Assembly (NCBI GenBank): GCA_963700285.1
Contig: CAVOXA010000010.1
Coordinates: 1,824,001 to 1,888,000, forward strand
Direction: 5' to 3'
DNA from: an uncultured Chloroflexia bacterium
Lineage (GTDB): Bacteria > Chloroflexota > Anaerolineae > JAAYZQ01
Length of the DNA: 64,000 nucleotides
Translations under genes and position numbers: made by a program
Part shown: positions 20,369-30,269 of the stretch, in pieces
How positions within the stretch are numbered: the first letter of the stretch is position 1
How the letters are laid out: every line of letters starts with the position of its first letter
Notes under the pieces: generated by a model
What the model was told of the DNA's origin: nothing
Database searches by the model: none
Seen by the model: the letters and a program-made list of their open reading frames with translations, nothing else

Positions 20369-20463
20369 CTAATTTCCAGTGTCCGATATCCCCTGCCACG
20401 GATTTGCCAATAGGCATCGGATATTCGGTTTGGATACTGGGAACTGGATGTTAGGAGAGGCCT

Positions 20464-21696
20464 ATGGATTTCATTCTGAACTTCTGGGTTGAATTCGGTA
20501 GCTGGGTGGCGGGCCTGATGGCTGGTTGGGGGATGCCGCCTTGGGCCGTAAACTTGGTCGCTGATATCGTGGGCGTTGTGATCCTGCTGCTCTTTGGCAT
20601 TGCAGGCGTGCTCATCTTTACGCCCATGGAGCGCAAGGTCATTGCCCGTATGCAGGACCGGCCTGGACCTAATAGGGTGTGGCCCTATGGCCTCCTGCAG
20701 GCCCTCGCCGACGCCATCAAGATGTTGACCAAAGAAGACATCGTTCCGACCAATTCTGATCGACGGCTCCACATGCTGGCCCCTCTCGTCGTCGCGGCGC
20801 CGGCCCTGTTGGTTTTCGCCGTGCTGCCCTGGGGGCCGGGACTCATCGGCCAAAACCTGAATGTGGGCATCCTTTTTATCGTGGCCGTAGGCACCATCCA
20901 CGTCCTGGCCATCATCATCGCCGGTTGGGGGGCGAACAACAAGTTCTCGCTGATCAGCACCTATCGTGTGGTGAACCAGTTGCTGGCCTACGAGATCCCC
21001 ATGGTACTCTGCATCCTGGCCGTGGTCCTGTTTGCCAAGACCATGTCTACCCAGGGGATCGTGGTGGCCCAAACGATCCCCTACTTTATTGTCATGCCGG
21101 TTGCGGCCTTGATCTTTTTGATCTGTGCGATGGCTGAGGCGAACCGCTCCCCGGTTGACCTCTTGGAGGCCGACTCGGAAATCGTAGCTGGCTATATGGT
21201 CGAGTACAGCGGCATGAAGTTCGCCATGTTCTTCATCGCCGAGTACGTCAGCCTGTTCGCGACCGCGGTCTTGGTCTCTACCCTCTTTCTGGGTGGCTGG
21301 AAGTTCTTCGGACTGGAAAAAGTGGCTCCGGTGCTTACACCCATCATCGTCTTTGGCAAGGCCGTGTTCGTAGTCTTTTGCATACTCTGGTTCCGTGCCA
21401 CTTTTCCCCGCCTGCGCTTTGACCACCTCATGGGCTTTGCCTGGAAGTTCCTGGTGCCCCTCAGCATGGTCAACCTCTTGCTGGCCGCCCTGATCCTCAA
21501 GCTGACGGACAATATCTGGGGGCAAGGAATTCTGATGCTCGTGGGCAACATCATCCTGGTCGCCGCAACATTTCTCATCCTCAAGTTCACTGCGCCCAAA
21601 CTAGATAAGGCCCCGGCTCTCAAGCGTATCCTAGCGGTGGAGTCGGTCCCTGAAGCGCCCCCGAGCAGCGCGGCGGGCTTGGTCGAAGGAAGGTAG
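20464..21696 (+). CDS. nuoH: NADH-quinone oxidoreductase subunit H
   Basis: ERKVIARMQDRPGPNRV, QALADAIK, AEANRSPVDLLEADSEIVAGY, PRLRFD. Confidence 0.95.
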   Translation: MDFILNFWVEFGSWVAGLMAGWGMPPWAVNLVADIVGVVILLLFGIAGVLIFTPMERKVIARMQDRPGPNRVWPYGLLQALADAIKMLTKEDIVPTNSDRRLHMLAPLVVAAPALLVFAVLPWGPGLIGQNLNVGILFIVAVGTIHVLAIIIAGWGANNKFSLISTYRVVNQLLAYEIPMVLCILAVVLFAKTMSTQGIVVAQTIPYFIVMPVAALIFLICAMAEANRSPVDLLEADSEIVAGYMVEYSGMKFAMFFIAEYVSLFATAVLVSTLFLGGWKFFGLEKVAPVLTPIIVFGKAVFVVFCILWFRATFPRLRFDHLMGFAWKFLVPLSMVNLLLAALILKLTDNIWGQGILMLVGNIILVAATFLILKFTAPKLDKAPALKRILAVESVPEAPPSSAAGLVEGR

Positions 21697-21697
21697 G

Positions 21698-22201
21698 ATG
21701 GCTATGACTGTATCGCACGTGGTCTTTATCATCCTGAGCGCGGTGGCCCTGATAGGCGCCTTGGGTGTCGTCCTCTCCCATAGTCTGTTCCGGGCTGCAC
21801 TCTTTTTGGTCCTCTCTTTCGTGGGTGTAGCTGGCTTCTATATTCTCCTGGAAGCGGAGTTTCTGGCCATGGTTCAGCTCCTGGTCTACGTGGGGGCCAT
21901 TTCCATTCTGATCATCTTTGCCATCATGCTTTCCCGGCGGCTGATGTCGCCAGACTTCAAGGCGCGCAACGAACAGTGGCTTGTGGCTCTCGTCTCGGCC
22001 GCGGCACTGTTTATTCTCCTGGTCTTTATCCTGCTGCAAGTGAACTGGCCGGCCGAGCTATCCATTGTACCGCCAAATACGATCGAACAGTTGGGTATTG
22101 CCCTGGTCAGCCCGGATCATTTTGTCTTGGTCTTTGAGGCGGCCTCTGTGCTTTTGCTAGTGGCTTTGGTCGGGGCAGTCATTGTCGCGCGTGATAGGTA
22201 A
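21698..22201 (+). CDS. nuoJ: NADH-quinone oxidoreductase subunit J
   Basis: AEFLAMVQLLVYVGAI, FEAASVLLLVALVGA. Confidence 0.95.
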   Translation: MAMTVSHVVFIILSAVALIGALGVVLSHSLFRAALFLVLSFVGVAGFYILLEAEFLAMVQLLVYVGAISILIIFAIMLSRRLMSPDFKARNEQWLVALVSAAALFILLVFILLQVNWPAELSIVPPNTIEQLGIALVSPDHFVLVFEAASVLLLVALVGAVIVARDR

Positions 22202-22264
22202 AGACCTCGAAGGTTCTCCTGAACCTGAGGTCTGGTAACGCTTCCTAACGAGGGAGAAACGCTT

Positions 22265-22582
22265 ATGCAAGTTCCATTGTCCTGGTACCTGGTCGTCGCT
22301 GCTGCCCTGTTCTGCATTGGCCTGTATGGCGCCCTTTCGCGGCGCAACGCCATTGCCGTGCTCATGGGCGTGGAGCTGATGCTCAACTCGGTGAACATTA
22401 ACCTCCTCGCCTTCTGGCGATATGTGGAGGCGGCGAGGGGCTCGCTGTCGGGCCAGGTCTTTGCCATCGTCGTCATCACCGTGGCTGCTGCTGAGGCGGC
22501 AGTGGGTCTGGCGCTGATCATCGCCGTCTATCGCAACCGCCATACGGTGGACATCGAAGACGTAGATCTGATGAAACTGTAA
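22265..22582 (+). CDS. nuoK: NADH-quinone oxidoreductase subunit K
   Basis: [25 protein letters not shown]. Confidence 0.96.
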   Translation: MQVPLSWYLVVAAALFCIGLYGALSRRNAIAVLMGVELMLNSVNINLLAFWRYVEAARGSLSGQVFAIVVITVAAAEAAVGLALIIAVYRNRHTVDIEDVDLMKL

Positions 22583-22597
22583 GGAGCGAGATAGTCG

Positions 22598-24733
22598 ATG
22601 AGAGAATTCTTTTTTAACCTGGTCTGGCTGCTCCCGCTCTTTCCTTTGCTGGCCTTTGCCCTCATTGTGCTGTGGACCAACCGCAACCGGGTGCTCAGTA
22701 CCTGGATCGCCTGGATAGGCATCGGCCTATCCTGGATCCTGGGCTGGACCATCCTGGGCCTGACCCGGCAGGACATCCACGGGCTGGTGCCACCGGAGGG
22801 TGGCTACCAGGTATGGATGTATGCGATGCCTACCGGCTCCACCGTCCTCAAGCTGGGCTTCCAGGTGGATACGCTCACGAGCATCATGCTCCTTATGGTA
22901 CCATTTGTCTGTTTGATGATCTTTATCTATGCCAAGGGCTACATGAACTTTGGCACCGACGAGGTAGATTCCCGCTACTCCCGGTTCTTTGCCTACATCT
23001 CGCTCTTTGCCACCGGCATGCTGGGGCTGGTTATCGCCAATAACTTTGTCTCGCTCCTGATTTTCTGGGAGATCATGGGCCTTTGTTCTTACCTGCTCAT
23101 TGGATTTTGGTTCGACAAATCGTATCCCGATCCCAAGCGCATCACGCCCAAAGAGGCCGGCCTAAAAGCCTTTCTGACCACGCGTATCGGCGACGTGATC
23201 ATGCTGGCCGGCATGCTCCTGCTCTATTCCCAGACCGGCACGATGACCTTCCAGGAGATCTTTTCCGAGGAGACGCTGCACCACCTGGCAAATACCTATG
23301 CTTTCCCCGGCATGTCCTGGGCCACACTCTGCGCCCTTCTGATCTTTGGTGGGGCGGTGGGCAAGAGCGCCCAATTCCCCCTCCACGTCTGGCTGCCCGA
23401 TGCCATGGAGGGTCCCACCCCCGTCAGCGCCCTGATTCACGCCGCGACGATGGTTTCGGCCGGCGTCTACCTGGTGGCCCGCTCCTTCCCCCTCTTTGTG
23501 GCCGGAGGCAGCGAGGCGATGACCGTGGTGGCCCTGATCGGCGCCTTCACCGCCATCTTTGCGAGTACCATCGCCATCGCCCAGAACGACATCAAACGGG
23601 TGCTGGCTTTTTCGACCATTAGCCAGCTCGGCTACATGTTTGCCGCGCTGGGTATTGGCGCCTATGCGGCGGCTGTTTTCCACCTCATCATGCACGCCTT
23701 TTTCAAGGCGCTCCTGTTCATGGGCTCCGGCTCGGTGATCCACGGTGTGGAGCACGGCCACCATCACGTCCATCATGGGGATCACGGGCATGAGGAAGAA
23801 GCGTTCGACGCCAATGACATGATGAACATGGGTGGGCTGCTGAAGCGGATGCCGCGCACCGGCTGGACCTTTATCGTCGGAGCCCTGGCGCTGACCGGTA
23901 TCTTTCCCTTTGCCGGTTTCTGGAGCAAGGACGAGATCCTGGCCGAGGCCTGGAACGAGTTCATCCACGGCAGCGCCGCCGCCATCGCCCCCTCCCTGGA
24001 CTTTGTGGTCTGGTTACTTCTGGCCGTCGCCGCCTTGCTGACCGCTTTCTATACCGGACGCCAGGTCTTTTTGACCTTCTTTGGCAAGCCCCGGACCGAG
24101 GCTGCCGAGCACGCGCCCGAAAGTACGGGAAGCATGACCTGGCCCCTGATCATCCTGGCCGTCTTTGCCGCTTTCCTAGGCCTGACCGGTACCCCCTGGG
24201 CCAACCAGTTCTTCTTCATGATTGGCGAGGAAGCCCACTTTATGGACTTTCACCTCCACCACGCAGAGTTTAACATTGTGGTGGCGGTGATCTCCCTGGC
24301 CATCGCCGGCCTGGGCTGGCTTGGTGCTTGGTTTATCTATGGCCGCAAGCCGCTGACGGAACCGGTAGATCCGATTCGCAAACCCCTGGGGCCGGTCTAC
24401 ACCCTGCTGGAAAACAAATACTATGTGGATGAGTTTTACCACCTCATCATCATCCGGCCCGCTCTCTGGCTGGGCAATGCGTGTGCCAAGTTTGACCGGA
24501 CGGTCATTGACGCCATCGTCAACGCGGTGGGGCGCTTTGGCCGCTGGGCGGCAAGTTGGCTCGGCAAGGCCATCGAACCGATCATTGATGCCGTGGTCAA
24601 TGGCGTGGGCAAGGTGACGACCGCTTTTGGCGAGTTCATGCGCGCTACCCAGACCGGCAATGTGCAGAACTACTTGCTGGTGGCAGCAGTCACTGTCTTG
24701 TTGCTGCTGGCCCTGTTCGTGATACGGGGCTGA
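22598..24733 (+). CDS. nuoL: NADH-quinone oxidoreductase subunit L
   Basis: GKSAQFPLHVWLPDAMEGPTPVSALIHAATMV, HAFFKALLF, GFWSKDEIL. Confidence 0.96.
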   Translation: MREFFFNLVWLLPLFPLLAFALIVLWTNRNRVLSTWIAWIGIGLSWILGWTILGLTRQDIHGLVPPEGGYQVWMYAMPTGSTVLKLGFQVDTLTSIMLLMVPFVCLMIFIYAKGYMNFGTDEVDSRYSRFFAYISLFATGMLGLVIANNFVSLLIFWEIMGLCSYLLIGFWFDKSYPDPKRITPKEAGLKAFLTTRIGDVIMLAGMLLLYSQTGTMTFQEIFSEETLHHLANTYAFPGMSWATLCALLIFGGAVGKSAQFPLHVWLPDAMEGPTPVSALIHAATMVSAGVYLVARSFPLFVAGGSEAMTVVALIGAFTAIFASTIAIAQNDIKRVLAFSTISQLGYMFAALGIGAYAAAVFHLIMHAFFKALLFMGSGSVIHGVEHGHHHVHHGDHGHEEEAFDANDMMNMGGLLKRMPRTGWTFIVGALALTGIFPFAGFWSKDEILAEAWNEFIHGSAAAIAPSLDFVVWLLLAVAALLTAFYTGRQVFLTFFGKPRTEAAEHAPESTGSMTWPLIILAVFAAFLGLTGTPWANQFFFMIGEEAHFMDFHLHHAEFNIVVAVISLAIAGLGWLGAWFIYGRKPLTEPVDPIRKPLGPVYTLLENKYYVDEFYHLIIIRPALWLGNACAKFDRTVIDAIVNAVGRFGRWAASWLGKAIEPIIDAVVNGVGKVTTAFGEFMRATQTGNVQNYLLVAAVTVLLLLALFVIRG

Positions 24734-24821
24734 TCAGGTGGATATCAAACTGAGCGTGTTAAAGGGTGCTGCCGTGCCGAGATACGAGTTCCCAAACGGA
24801 CTGTACCGAGGAGGACGATAG

Positions 24822-26411
24822 ATGGATAATCTGCTCGTTTTTATCACTTTTACCCCGTTGTTGGGAGCGCTGCTGATCCTGCTCATCCCCAAGGATCAGG
24901 AGCGGACCATCAAGAACCTGGCCGTGGGCATCAGCTTTGTCCCGCTGCTGCTGGCCATCTACCTGTGGTTGGCCTACGACAAGGGGCTGGCCGGCTTCCA
25001 GTTTGAGGTCCTTGCCGAATGGATCCCGGCTATCGACGTCTTTTTCCACGTTGGCGCCGATGGGTTGAGCATCCCGTTGATCTTTTTGACGGCATTGCTC
25101 ACGACCCTCTGCATGATCTATTCGTCCTTCACCATCACCACGCGGGTTAAAGAGTTCTTCTTGCTCTTCTTCCTGCTGCAGATGGGGATGTTCGGCGTCT
25201 TTATCGCCCTGGACCTGGTACTGTTCTACGTCTTTTGGGAGATTGGACTGGTGCCGATGTACCTTCTCATTGGCATCTGGGGCCAGTCCAAGGATCGGCC
25301 CCAATACTCGGCCATCAAGTTCTTTCTCTATACGTTGAGCGGCAGTGTGCTCATGCTGCTTGCCATCCTGGCCCTCTACTTCTACCACGGCACCTTTGAC
25401 ATTGTTGCCCTGTCGCAGGTAGACAAGATCTTTGGCGGTGTCCCGTATCTGGCTATCCCGGCCTTTTGGGCTTTCTTCATCGCCTTTGCCATCAAGGTGC
25501 CCCTCTGGCCCTTCCACACCTGGTTGCCCGATGCTCACACGGCGGCGCCCACGGCCGGCAGCGTCATCCTGGCCGGCGTCCTGCTAAAGCTGGGTGGGTT
25601 TGGCATGCTGCGCATCGCTCTGCCCATCTTTCCCGAGCAGTTCCGCTTCTATAGCTGGAATGTACCCATTATCCCCATCCTGGCCCTTTTCAGTATCATC
25701 TACGGAGCCTTTGTCTGTATGGCCCAGTGGGACCTCAAGCGGCTGATTGCCTACTCCTCGGTGAGCCACATGGGGTACTTTATGCTGGGTGCTGCGGCAG
25801 CGGCGGCAGCCTGGGGCCGGACAGGGTTGGAGGATGCGGCGGCCATGGCCACCAACGGCGCTGCGATGCAGATGTTCAACCACGGCATCATCACCGGCGG
25901 CCTCTTTTTCCTGGTGGGCGTCATCTATGAACGGGCCCACGTCCGCGACCTGGGTCTCAAGGATAGCGACGGACAATTGGTTCGCGACCCGGACAACAAG
26001 GTGATTCCCACTTTTGGCGGCCTGGGCAAGATGACACCCTACTACTATGGCATCTTTTTGCTGACCGCCTTTGCCAGCCTGGGGCTGCCCGGCCTGGCTG
26101 GGTTCTGGGCCGAGTTCTTTGTCTTCCGGGGCGCCTTCCAGATCATGCCCCTGTTCGCCGCCATCGGCATCATTGGCATCGTGGTCACGGCGGCCTACAT
26201 CCTGTGGAAGATCGTCCAGTACCTCTTCTTGGGCGACTTTAGCTGGGACCGCTGGAAAGCAGTGACCCATGGCGCCAAGCTGACCGATATGGTAACTTTC
26301 GAAAAGGTTACCTTGTGGCCGCTGGTCCTGTTCATGATTGCCTTTGGCGTTTTTCCCACGCCACTGGTGGCCTTCTTTAATACCTTTTCCCAGTGGCTGT
26401 TTGGTGGATGA
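24822..26411 (+). CDS. nuoM: NADH-quinone oxidoreductase subunit M
   Basis: KVPLWPFHTWLPDAH, LAGVLLKLG, LIAYSSVSHMG, LGLPGLAGFWAEF. Confidence 0.96.
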   Translation: MDNLLVFITFTPLLGALLILLIPKDQERTIKNLAVGISFVPLLLAIYLWLAYDKGLAGFQFEVLAEWIPAIDVFFHVGADGLSIPLIFLTALLTTLCMIYSSFTITTRVKEFFLLFFLLQMGMFGVFIALDLVLFYVFWEIGLVPMYLLIGIWGQSKDRPQYSAIKFFLYTLSGSVLMLLAILALYFYHGTFDIVALSQVDKIFGGVPYLAIPAFWAFFIAFAIKVPLWPFHTWLPDAHTAAPTAGSVILAGVLLKLGGFGMLRIALPIFPEQFRFYSWNVPIIPILALFSIIYGAFVCMAQWDLKRLIAYSSVSHMGYFMLGAAAAAAAWGRTGLEDAAAMATNGAAMQMFNHGIITGGLFFLVGVIYERAHVRDLGLKDSDGQLVRDPDNKVIPTFGGLGKMTPYYYGIFLLTAFASLGLPGLAGFWAEFFVFRGAFQIMPLFAAIGIIGIVVTAAYILWKIVQYLFLGDFSWDRWKAVTHGAKLTDMVTFEKVTLWPLVLFMIAFGVFPTPLVAFFNTFSQWLFGG

Positions 26412-26544
26412 TGATTGCACAACCTCCCGCAGGTTTGGACGTCTCAGAGGATTCGGCATACGCGCCGGGTTGTGGGTCCAAGCTTGTACATGCGGTCGAG
26501 GGAGCCTGCGGGAGGTTTCTGCAGGCTATTACCGGAGGTGAGTC

Positions 26545-28071
26545 TTGAGTCTAGGTGAAACACTGAAACTGCTCTCACCCGAACTGATCCTGCTGCTCAC
26601 CGGGCTGGTAGTCCTGGTGGTGGACTTTATCTGGCGGGACGCGGCGTCGGGGGAAGCCGCCGGTGAGGCCTCATCCGGCGGAGACAAGACTGTTGTCGTG
26701 CCGGCGCTGGCCCTCATCGGCCTGGGCGCGGCGTTGGTGGCTACGGTTCTGCTGTGGGATACGCCACCGACGCGGGTCCTGTCTATGATGACCGTGGATC
26801 CCTTTGCCCTGTTCTTCAAGGTCGTGGCCATTACCTGCGTGATGCTGGTCATCCTGGCAGCCGTTCCCTACCTCCGGGGCCGCACCCGCTTCCGGGGCGA
26901 GTTCTATGCGCTGCTCGTCTTTGCCTGTCTGGCCATTTCCCTGGCTTCGTCGGGCATCGATCTGATCGCCATTTACCTGGGCATGGAGTTTCTGAGCATC
27001 ACGTCCTACGTGCTGGCCGGCTACCTGCGCGACGACAAGAAATCCAACGAGGCGGGCATCAAGTACTTTTTGTATGGCGCGGTGACCTCGGCGGTCATGC
27101 TCTATGGCATGTCGCTGCTCTTTGGCGCGACGGGAACCACCGATCTGGCCGGGATCGCGCAGTTCCTGGCGGCCGGCAACCAGAGCCTGCAGTGGCTGGC
27201 CGTGGCCGCCATCGTCTTTCTGCTGGCTGGCTTTAGCTTCAAGATCGTGCTGGCGCCCTACCACCAGTGGGCGCCCGACACCTACGAAGGCGCGCCCACG
27301 CCGGTCACCGCCTTCCTGTCGGTGGCCTCCAAGGCGGCGGGTTTTGCCATCCTGATGCGCGTGTTCCTGACGGCTCTGCCAGCCTTCCGCTGGCAGATCG
27401 GCTGGATGGCCTTCCTCATCGCCCTCTCTATCATCTCCATGGGCCTGGGCAACCTCATCGCCCTGCGCCAGACCAACATCAAGCGCATGCTGGCCTACTC
27501 CAGCATCGGCCAGGCTGGCTTTATCATCATCGGCTTTATCTGCCTGACCCTGGACTCGGAGAGCGCCTTCCTGGGCATGAACGGCACCCTGTTCTACCTC
27601 TTTGCCTACCTGTTCACCAACATGGCAGCCTTCACGGCGGTCATTGCCGTCGAGAGCGCTACGGGTTCCGCCGAGATTTCCGAATACCGCGGCCTCATCA
27701 AGCGGGCGCCCATCGCTGCCGGTGTCCTGCTCGTCGCGCTGATCTCCCTGGCCGGCATCCCCGGTACGGGGGGCTTTCTGGGCAAGTTCTTTGTCTTTGG
27801 CTCGGCCATCCAGTTCAACACGCCGCAGACCATCACCCTGGCCGTCGTCGGCATCCTCTTTAGCGTCGTGGCCGCTTTCTACTATTTGAACGTGGTGCGC
27901 CAGATGTTCTTTGAGGAGGCGGAAGAAGGCGCCAAGCCCATCGCCCTGGGCGCGGGGCTAAAGGCCGGCCTGATCGTAGCTGCCGCGGGTATCCTGGTCG
28001 TGGGCCTCTATCCCCAGCCCTTCCTCGAGTTTGCCACCAGGTCGATGCAGATGCTGGCTGTAATCCCCTAG
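26545..28071 (+). CDS. nuoN: NADH-quinone oxidoreductase subunit N
   Basis: EAGIKYF, WAPDTYEGAPTPV, KRMLAYSSI, GFLGKF. Confidence 0.96.
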   Translation: MSLGETLKLLSPELILLLTGLVVLVVDFIWRDAASGEAAGEASSGGDKTVVVPALALIGLGAALVATVLLWDTPPTRVLSMMTVDPFALFFKVVAITCVMLVILAAVPYLRGRTRFRGEFYALLVFACLAISLASSGIDLIAIYLGMEFLSITSYVLAGYLRDDKKSNEAGIKYFLYGAVTSAVMLYGMSLLFGATGTTDLAGIAQFLAAGNQSLQWLAVAAIVFLLAGFSFKIVLAPYHQWAPDTYEGAPTPVTAFLSVASKAAGFAILMRVFLTALPAFRWQIGWMAFLIALSIISMGLGNLIALRQTNIKRMLAYSSIGQAGFIIIGFICLTLDSESAFLGMNGTLFYLFAYLFTNMAAFTAVIAVESATGSAEISEYRGLIKRAPIAAGVLLVALISLAGIPGTGGFLGKFFVFGSAIQFNTPQTITLAVVGILFSVVAAFYYLNVVRQMFFEEAEEGAKPIALGAGLKAGLIVAAAGILVVGLYPQPFLEFATRSMQMLAVIP

Positions 28072-28094
28072 CTCCAAGGGTAAGCGTCAACCTC

Positions 28095-28131
28095 AAACGT
28101 CAAGGGAAGCAAGACTTCCCTTGACGTTTTT
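28095..28131 (+). terminator. Intrinsic terminator of the nuo operon
   Basis: Perfect 15-bp inverted repeat AAACGTCAAGGGAAG-caaga-CTTCCCTTGACGTTT running into a T tract. Confidence 0.75.
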
Positions 28132-28149
28132 CTTTGCCTCAAGTATAAT
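28121..28149 (+). promoter_or_regulatory. Sigma70-type promoter of comM
   Basis: TTGACG (28121) -N17- TATAAT (28144), 33 bp before the ATG. Confidence 0.7.
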
Positions 28150-28181
28150 GTGTAGGTCGGTATCCCAGACGGAGCCATCCC

Positions 28182-29699
28182 ATGCTTGCCAAAGTCGCCA
28201 GCTTTGCCCTGATCGGCCTGGAAAGTACCCTCGTTGACGTGGAGGTCGACATCAGCCGCGGCCTGCCCTCTCAGATCATCGTCGGCCTGCCCGATGCCGC
28301 CGTCCGAGAATCCAGCGAGCGCGTACGAGCGGCCATCGTCAACTCCGGCCTCATCCATCCCCGCGCCCGCCTGACGGTCAACCTGGCCCCCGCCGATCTA
28401 CGCAAGGCGGGCCCGGCCTACGACCTGCCCATCGCCGTCTGCATTCTCCTGGCCACAGAGCAGGTCAGTGCCGACCTGGCGTCGGCCGGCCTGGTTGGGG
28501 AGCTGTCACTGGATGGCCAGGTCCGGGGCGTAACCGGCATGTTGCCCATGGCCGTCGCGGCCCTGGAGCGGGGGCTGACTACTCTCATCGTGCCCGAGTC
28601 CAACGCCGCGGAAGCGGCCCTGGTCCAGGGGCTGGAGGTGATCCCGGTACGCAGCTTGAGCAGCCTGGTCGGCCACCTCCACGGCTATACTCCCATCCCG
28701 CCCTACGAGGGTTCACTGACAGAAGGCGATGGGCTTCCTGTCTATCCGGTCGATTTTCGCGATGTGAAAGGGCAGGAACATGTCAAACGGGCGCTGGAGG
28801 TTGCCTCCGCAGGCTCGCACAATGTGCTTCTCAGCGGCCCGCCGGGCGCAGGCAAGACCCTTTTGGCCCGCGCCGTGCCCTCCATCCTGCCGCGGATGAC
28901 CTTCGAGGAATCGCTGACCGTAACCAAGATCTATAGCGTTGCCGGCCAGTTGCCGCCCGGCATCCCGCTCATCCGCCACCGGCCCTTCCGGGCGCCCCAC
29001 CATACCATCAGCTACGCGGGTCTCGTCGGCGGCGGCAAGGTGCCTCATCCGGGCGAGATCTCTTTGGCGCATCGCGGCGTCCTCTTCTTGGACGAGCTGC
29101 CCGAGTTTGGAACAAGGCTGCTGGAAATGCTGCGCCAGCCACTGGAGGACAAACAACTGACTATCGCCCGCAGTTCGGGTTCTCTGACCTTTCCGACCAA
29201 TTTCATGCTGATCGCGGCACAAAACCCATGTCCCTGTGGTTACTACGGCGATCCGGTCAAAGAGTGCACCTGCTCCAACAGCATGGTCAGCCGCTACCAG
29301 AAGCGCATCTCTGGGCCGTTGTTAGACCGCTTTGACATCCACATCGAGGTCCCCCGTGTGGACTATGAAAAGCTCTCCGGCGACCGGTTGGGGGAGCCCT
29401 CGGCCGCCATCCGGGAGCGGGTGGAGGCGGCGCGGGAGCGCCAGCGCCAGCGATTTGAGGGTACGAGCCTGCTGTCCAACGCCGATATGGGCGCGGCCGA
29501 GGTGCGCAATTTTTGCCAGGTCGATGAAGCCGGCCGGAACCTGCTGCGGGCGGCCATGCAGCAGCTCCACATGAGCGCCCGGGCCTACCATCGCATCCTC
29601 AAGCTGTCCCGGACGATTGCTGACCTGGCCGGCAGCGATGCCATCGAGACGGCGCACCTGGCGGAGGCGATCCAGTACCGGCCTCGGAGGCAGAGCTAG
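28182..29699 (+). CDS. comM: ComM/YifB AAA+ helicase (Mg-chelatase-like), intact
   Basis: IVGLPDAAVRES, VNLAPADLRKAG, GPPGAGKT, RPFRAPHH, GEISLAHRGVLFLDE, NPCPCG, SGPLLDRFD, SARAYHRILK. Confidence 0.95.
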   Translation: MLAKVASFALIGLESTLVDVEVDISRGLPSQIIVGLPDAAVRESSERVRAAIVNSGLIHPRARLTVNLAPADLRKAGPAYDLPIAVCILLATEQVSADLASAGLVGELSLDGQVRGVTGMLPMAVAALERGLTTLIVPESNAAEAALVQGLEVIPVRSLSSLVGHLHGYTPIPPYEGSLTEGDGLPVYPVDFRDVKGQEHVKRALEVASAGSHNVLLSGPPGAGKTLLARAVPSILPRMTFEESLTVTKIYSVAGQLPPGIPLIRHRPFRAPHHTISYAGLVGGGKVPHPGEISLAHRGVLFLDELPEFGTRLLEMLRQPLEDKQLTIARSSGSLTFPTNFMLIAAQNPCPCGYYGDPVKECTCSNSMVSRYQKRISGPLLDRFDIHIEVPRVDYEKLSGDRLGEPSAAIRERVEAARERQRQRFEGTSLLSNADMGAAEVRNFCQVDEAGRNLLRAAMQQLHMSARAYHRILKLSRTIADLAGSDAIETAHLAEAIQYRPRRQS

Positions 29700-29846
29700 G
29701 TATCTCGCCGAATCGCGGTATCAGATTAGGCAGGACCGGAGGTCAAGCAGGCTGAGGCAACGTGGGAGAAGGGGACTGCAGATACCCTGCCTCATCGGTC
29801 ACAGGCCGCAGAAGGCTTGGCCTAGGCGTCTTTTGCGGGGTTGCTT

Positions 29847-30160
29847 TCAGAGTATACTACCACCATCCCCGTCGAACTCCTGCGGATCGCAGCCGACAAC
29901 CCGGAATCAACAGAAGGCTATCTCGCCGCAGTCGAGGTCCGGTGGCGCCGGCGGTATGCACACGTCTGGGTAGCAGGGGCTGCAGATTGGGTCAGGTGTG
30001 GGTGGAGGCGATAGAGGGCTACCTCTGCTGACGTACGGCAAGTAAGCACCCGCAGCGGGTAGGCGAGAAGCAAAGACGGAAACTTGTGCGCCAGGCATCC
30101 TACTCTCCACTACGAGTAGCAGAGCGGCCACGATGACTATCAAGCCTGCGACTGCCACGG
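29847..30160 (-). pseudogene. Small secreted Cys-rich excalibur-like Ca-binding protein with a premature TGA
   Basis: Hydrophobic leader, AYLPYV, CSPCYPDVCIPPAPPDLDCGEIAFC*; same frame continues FRVVGCDPQEFDGDGG after the stop at 29907-29909; start approximate. Confidence 0.55.
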
Positions 30161-30269
30161 TCTTTCGCAGCACGGATTCGGTTCTCCTTGCGAGCTGGTG
30201 GGTGGCTCCTGTGTCCCTATTGTATGCCAAATTACACAGGAGGGCAAGTCGGGCTCTCAAATCTTGGCC

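Noticed and set aside
20332-21525. Large antisense ORFs over nuoH (also over nuoM, aor and serA)
   Set aside because: Typical shadow ORFs of GC-rich coding sequence with no recognisable motifs.
29907-29909. Selenocysteine read-through of the in-frame TGA
   Set aside because: No recognisable SECIS hairpin or redox-motif context; nonsense mutation in a decaying block is simpler.
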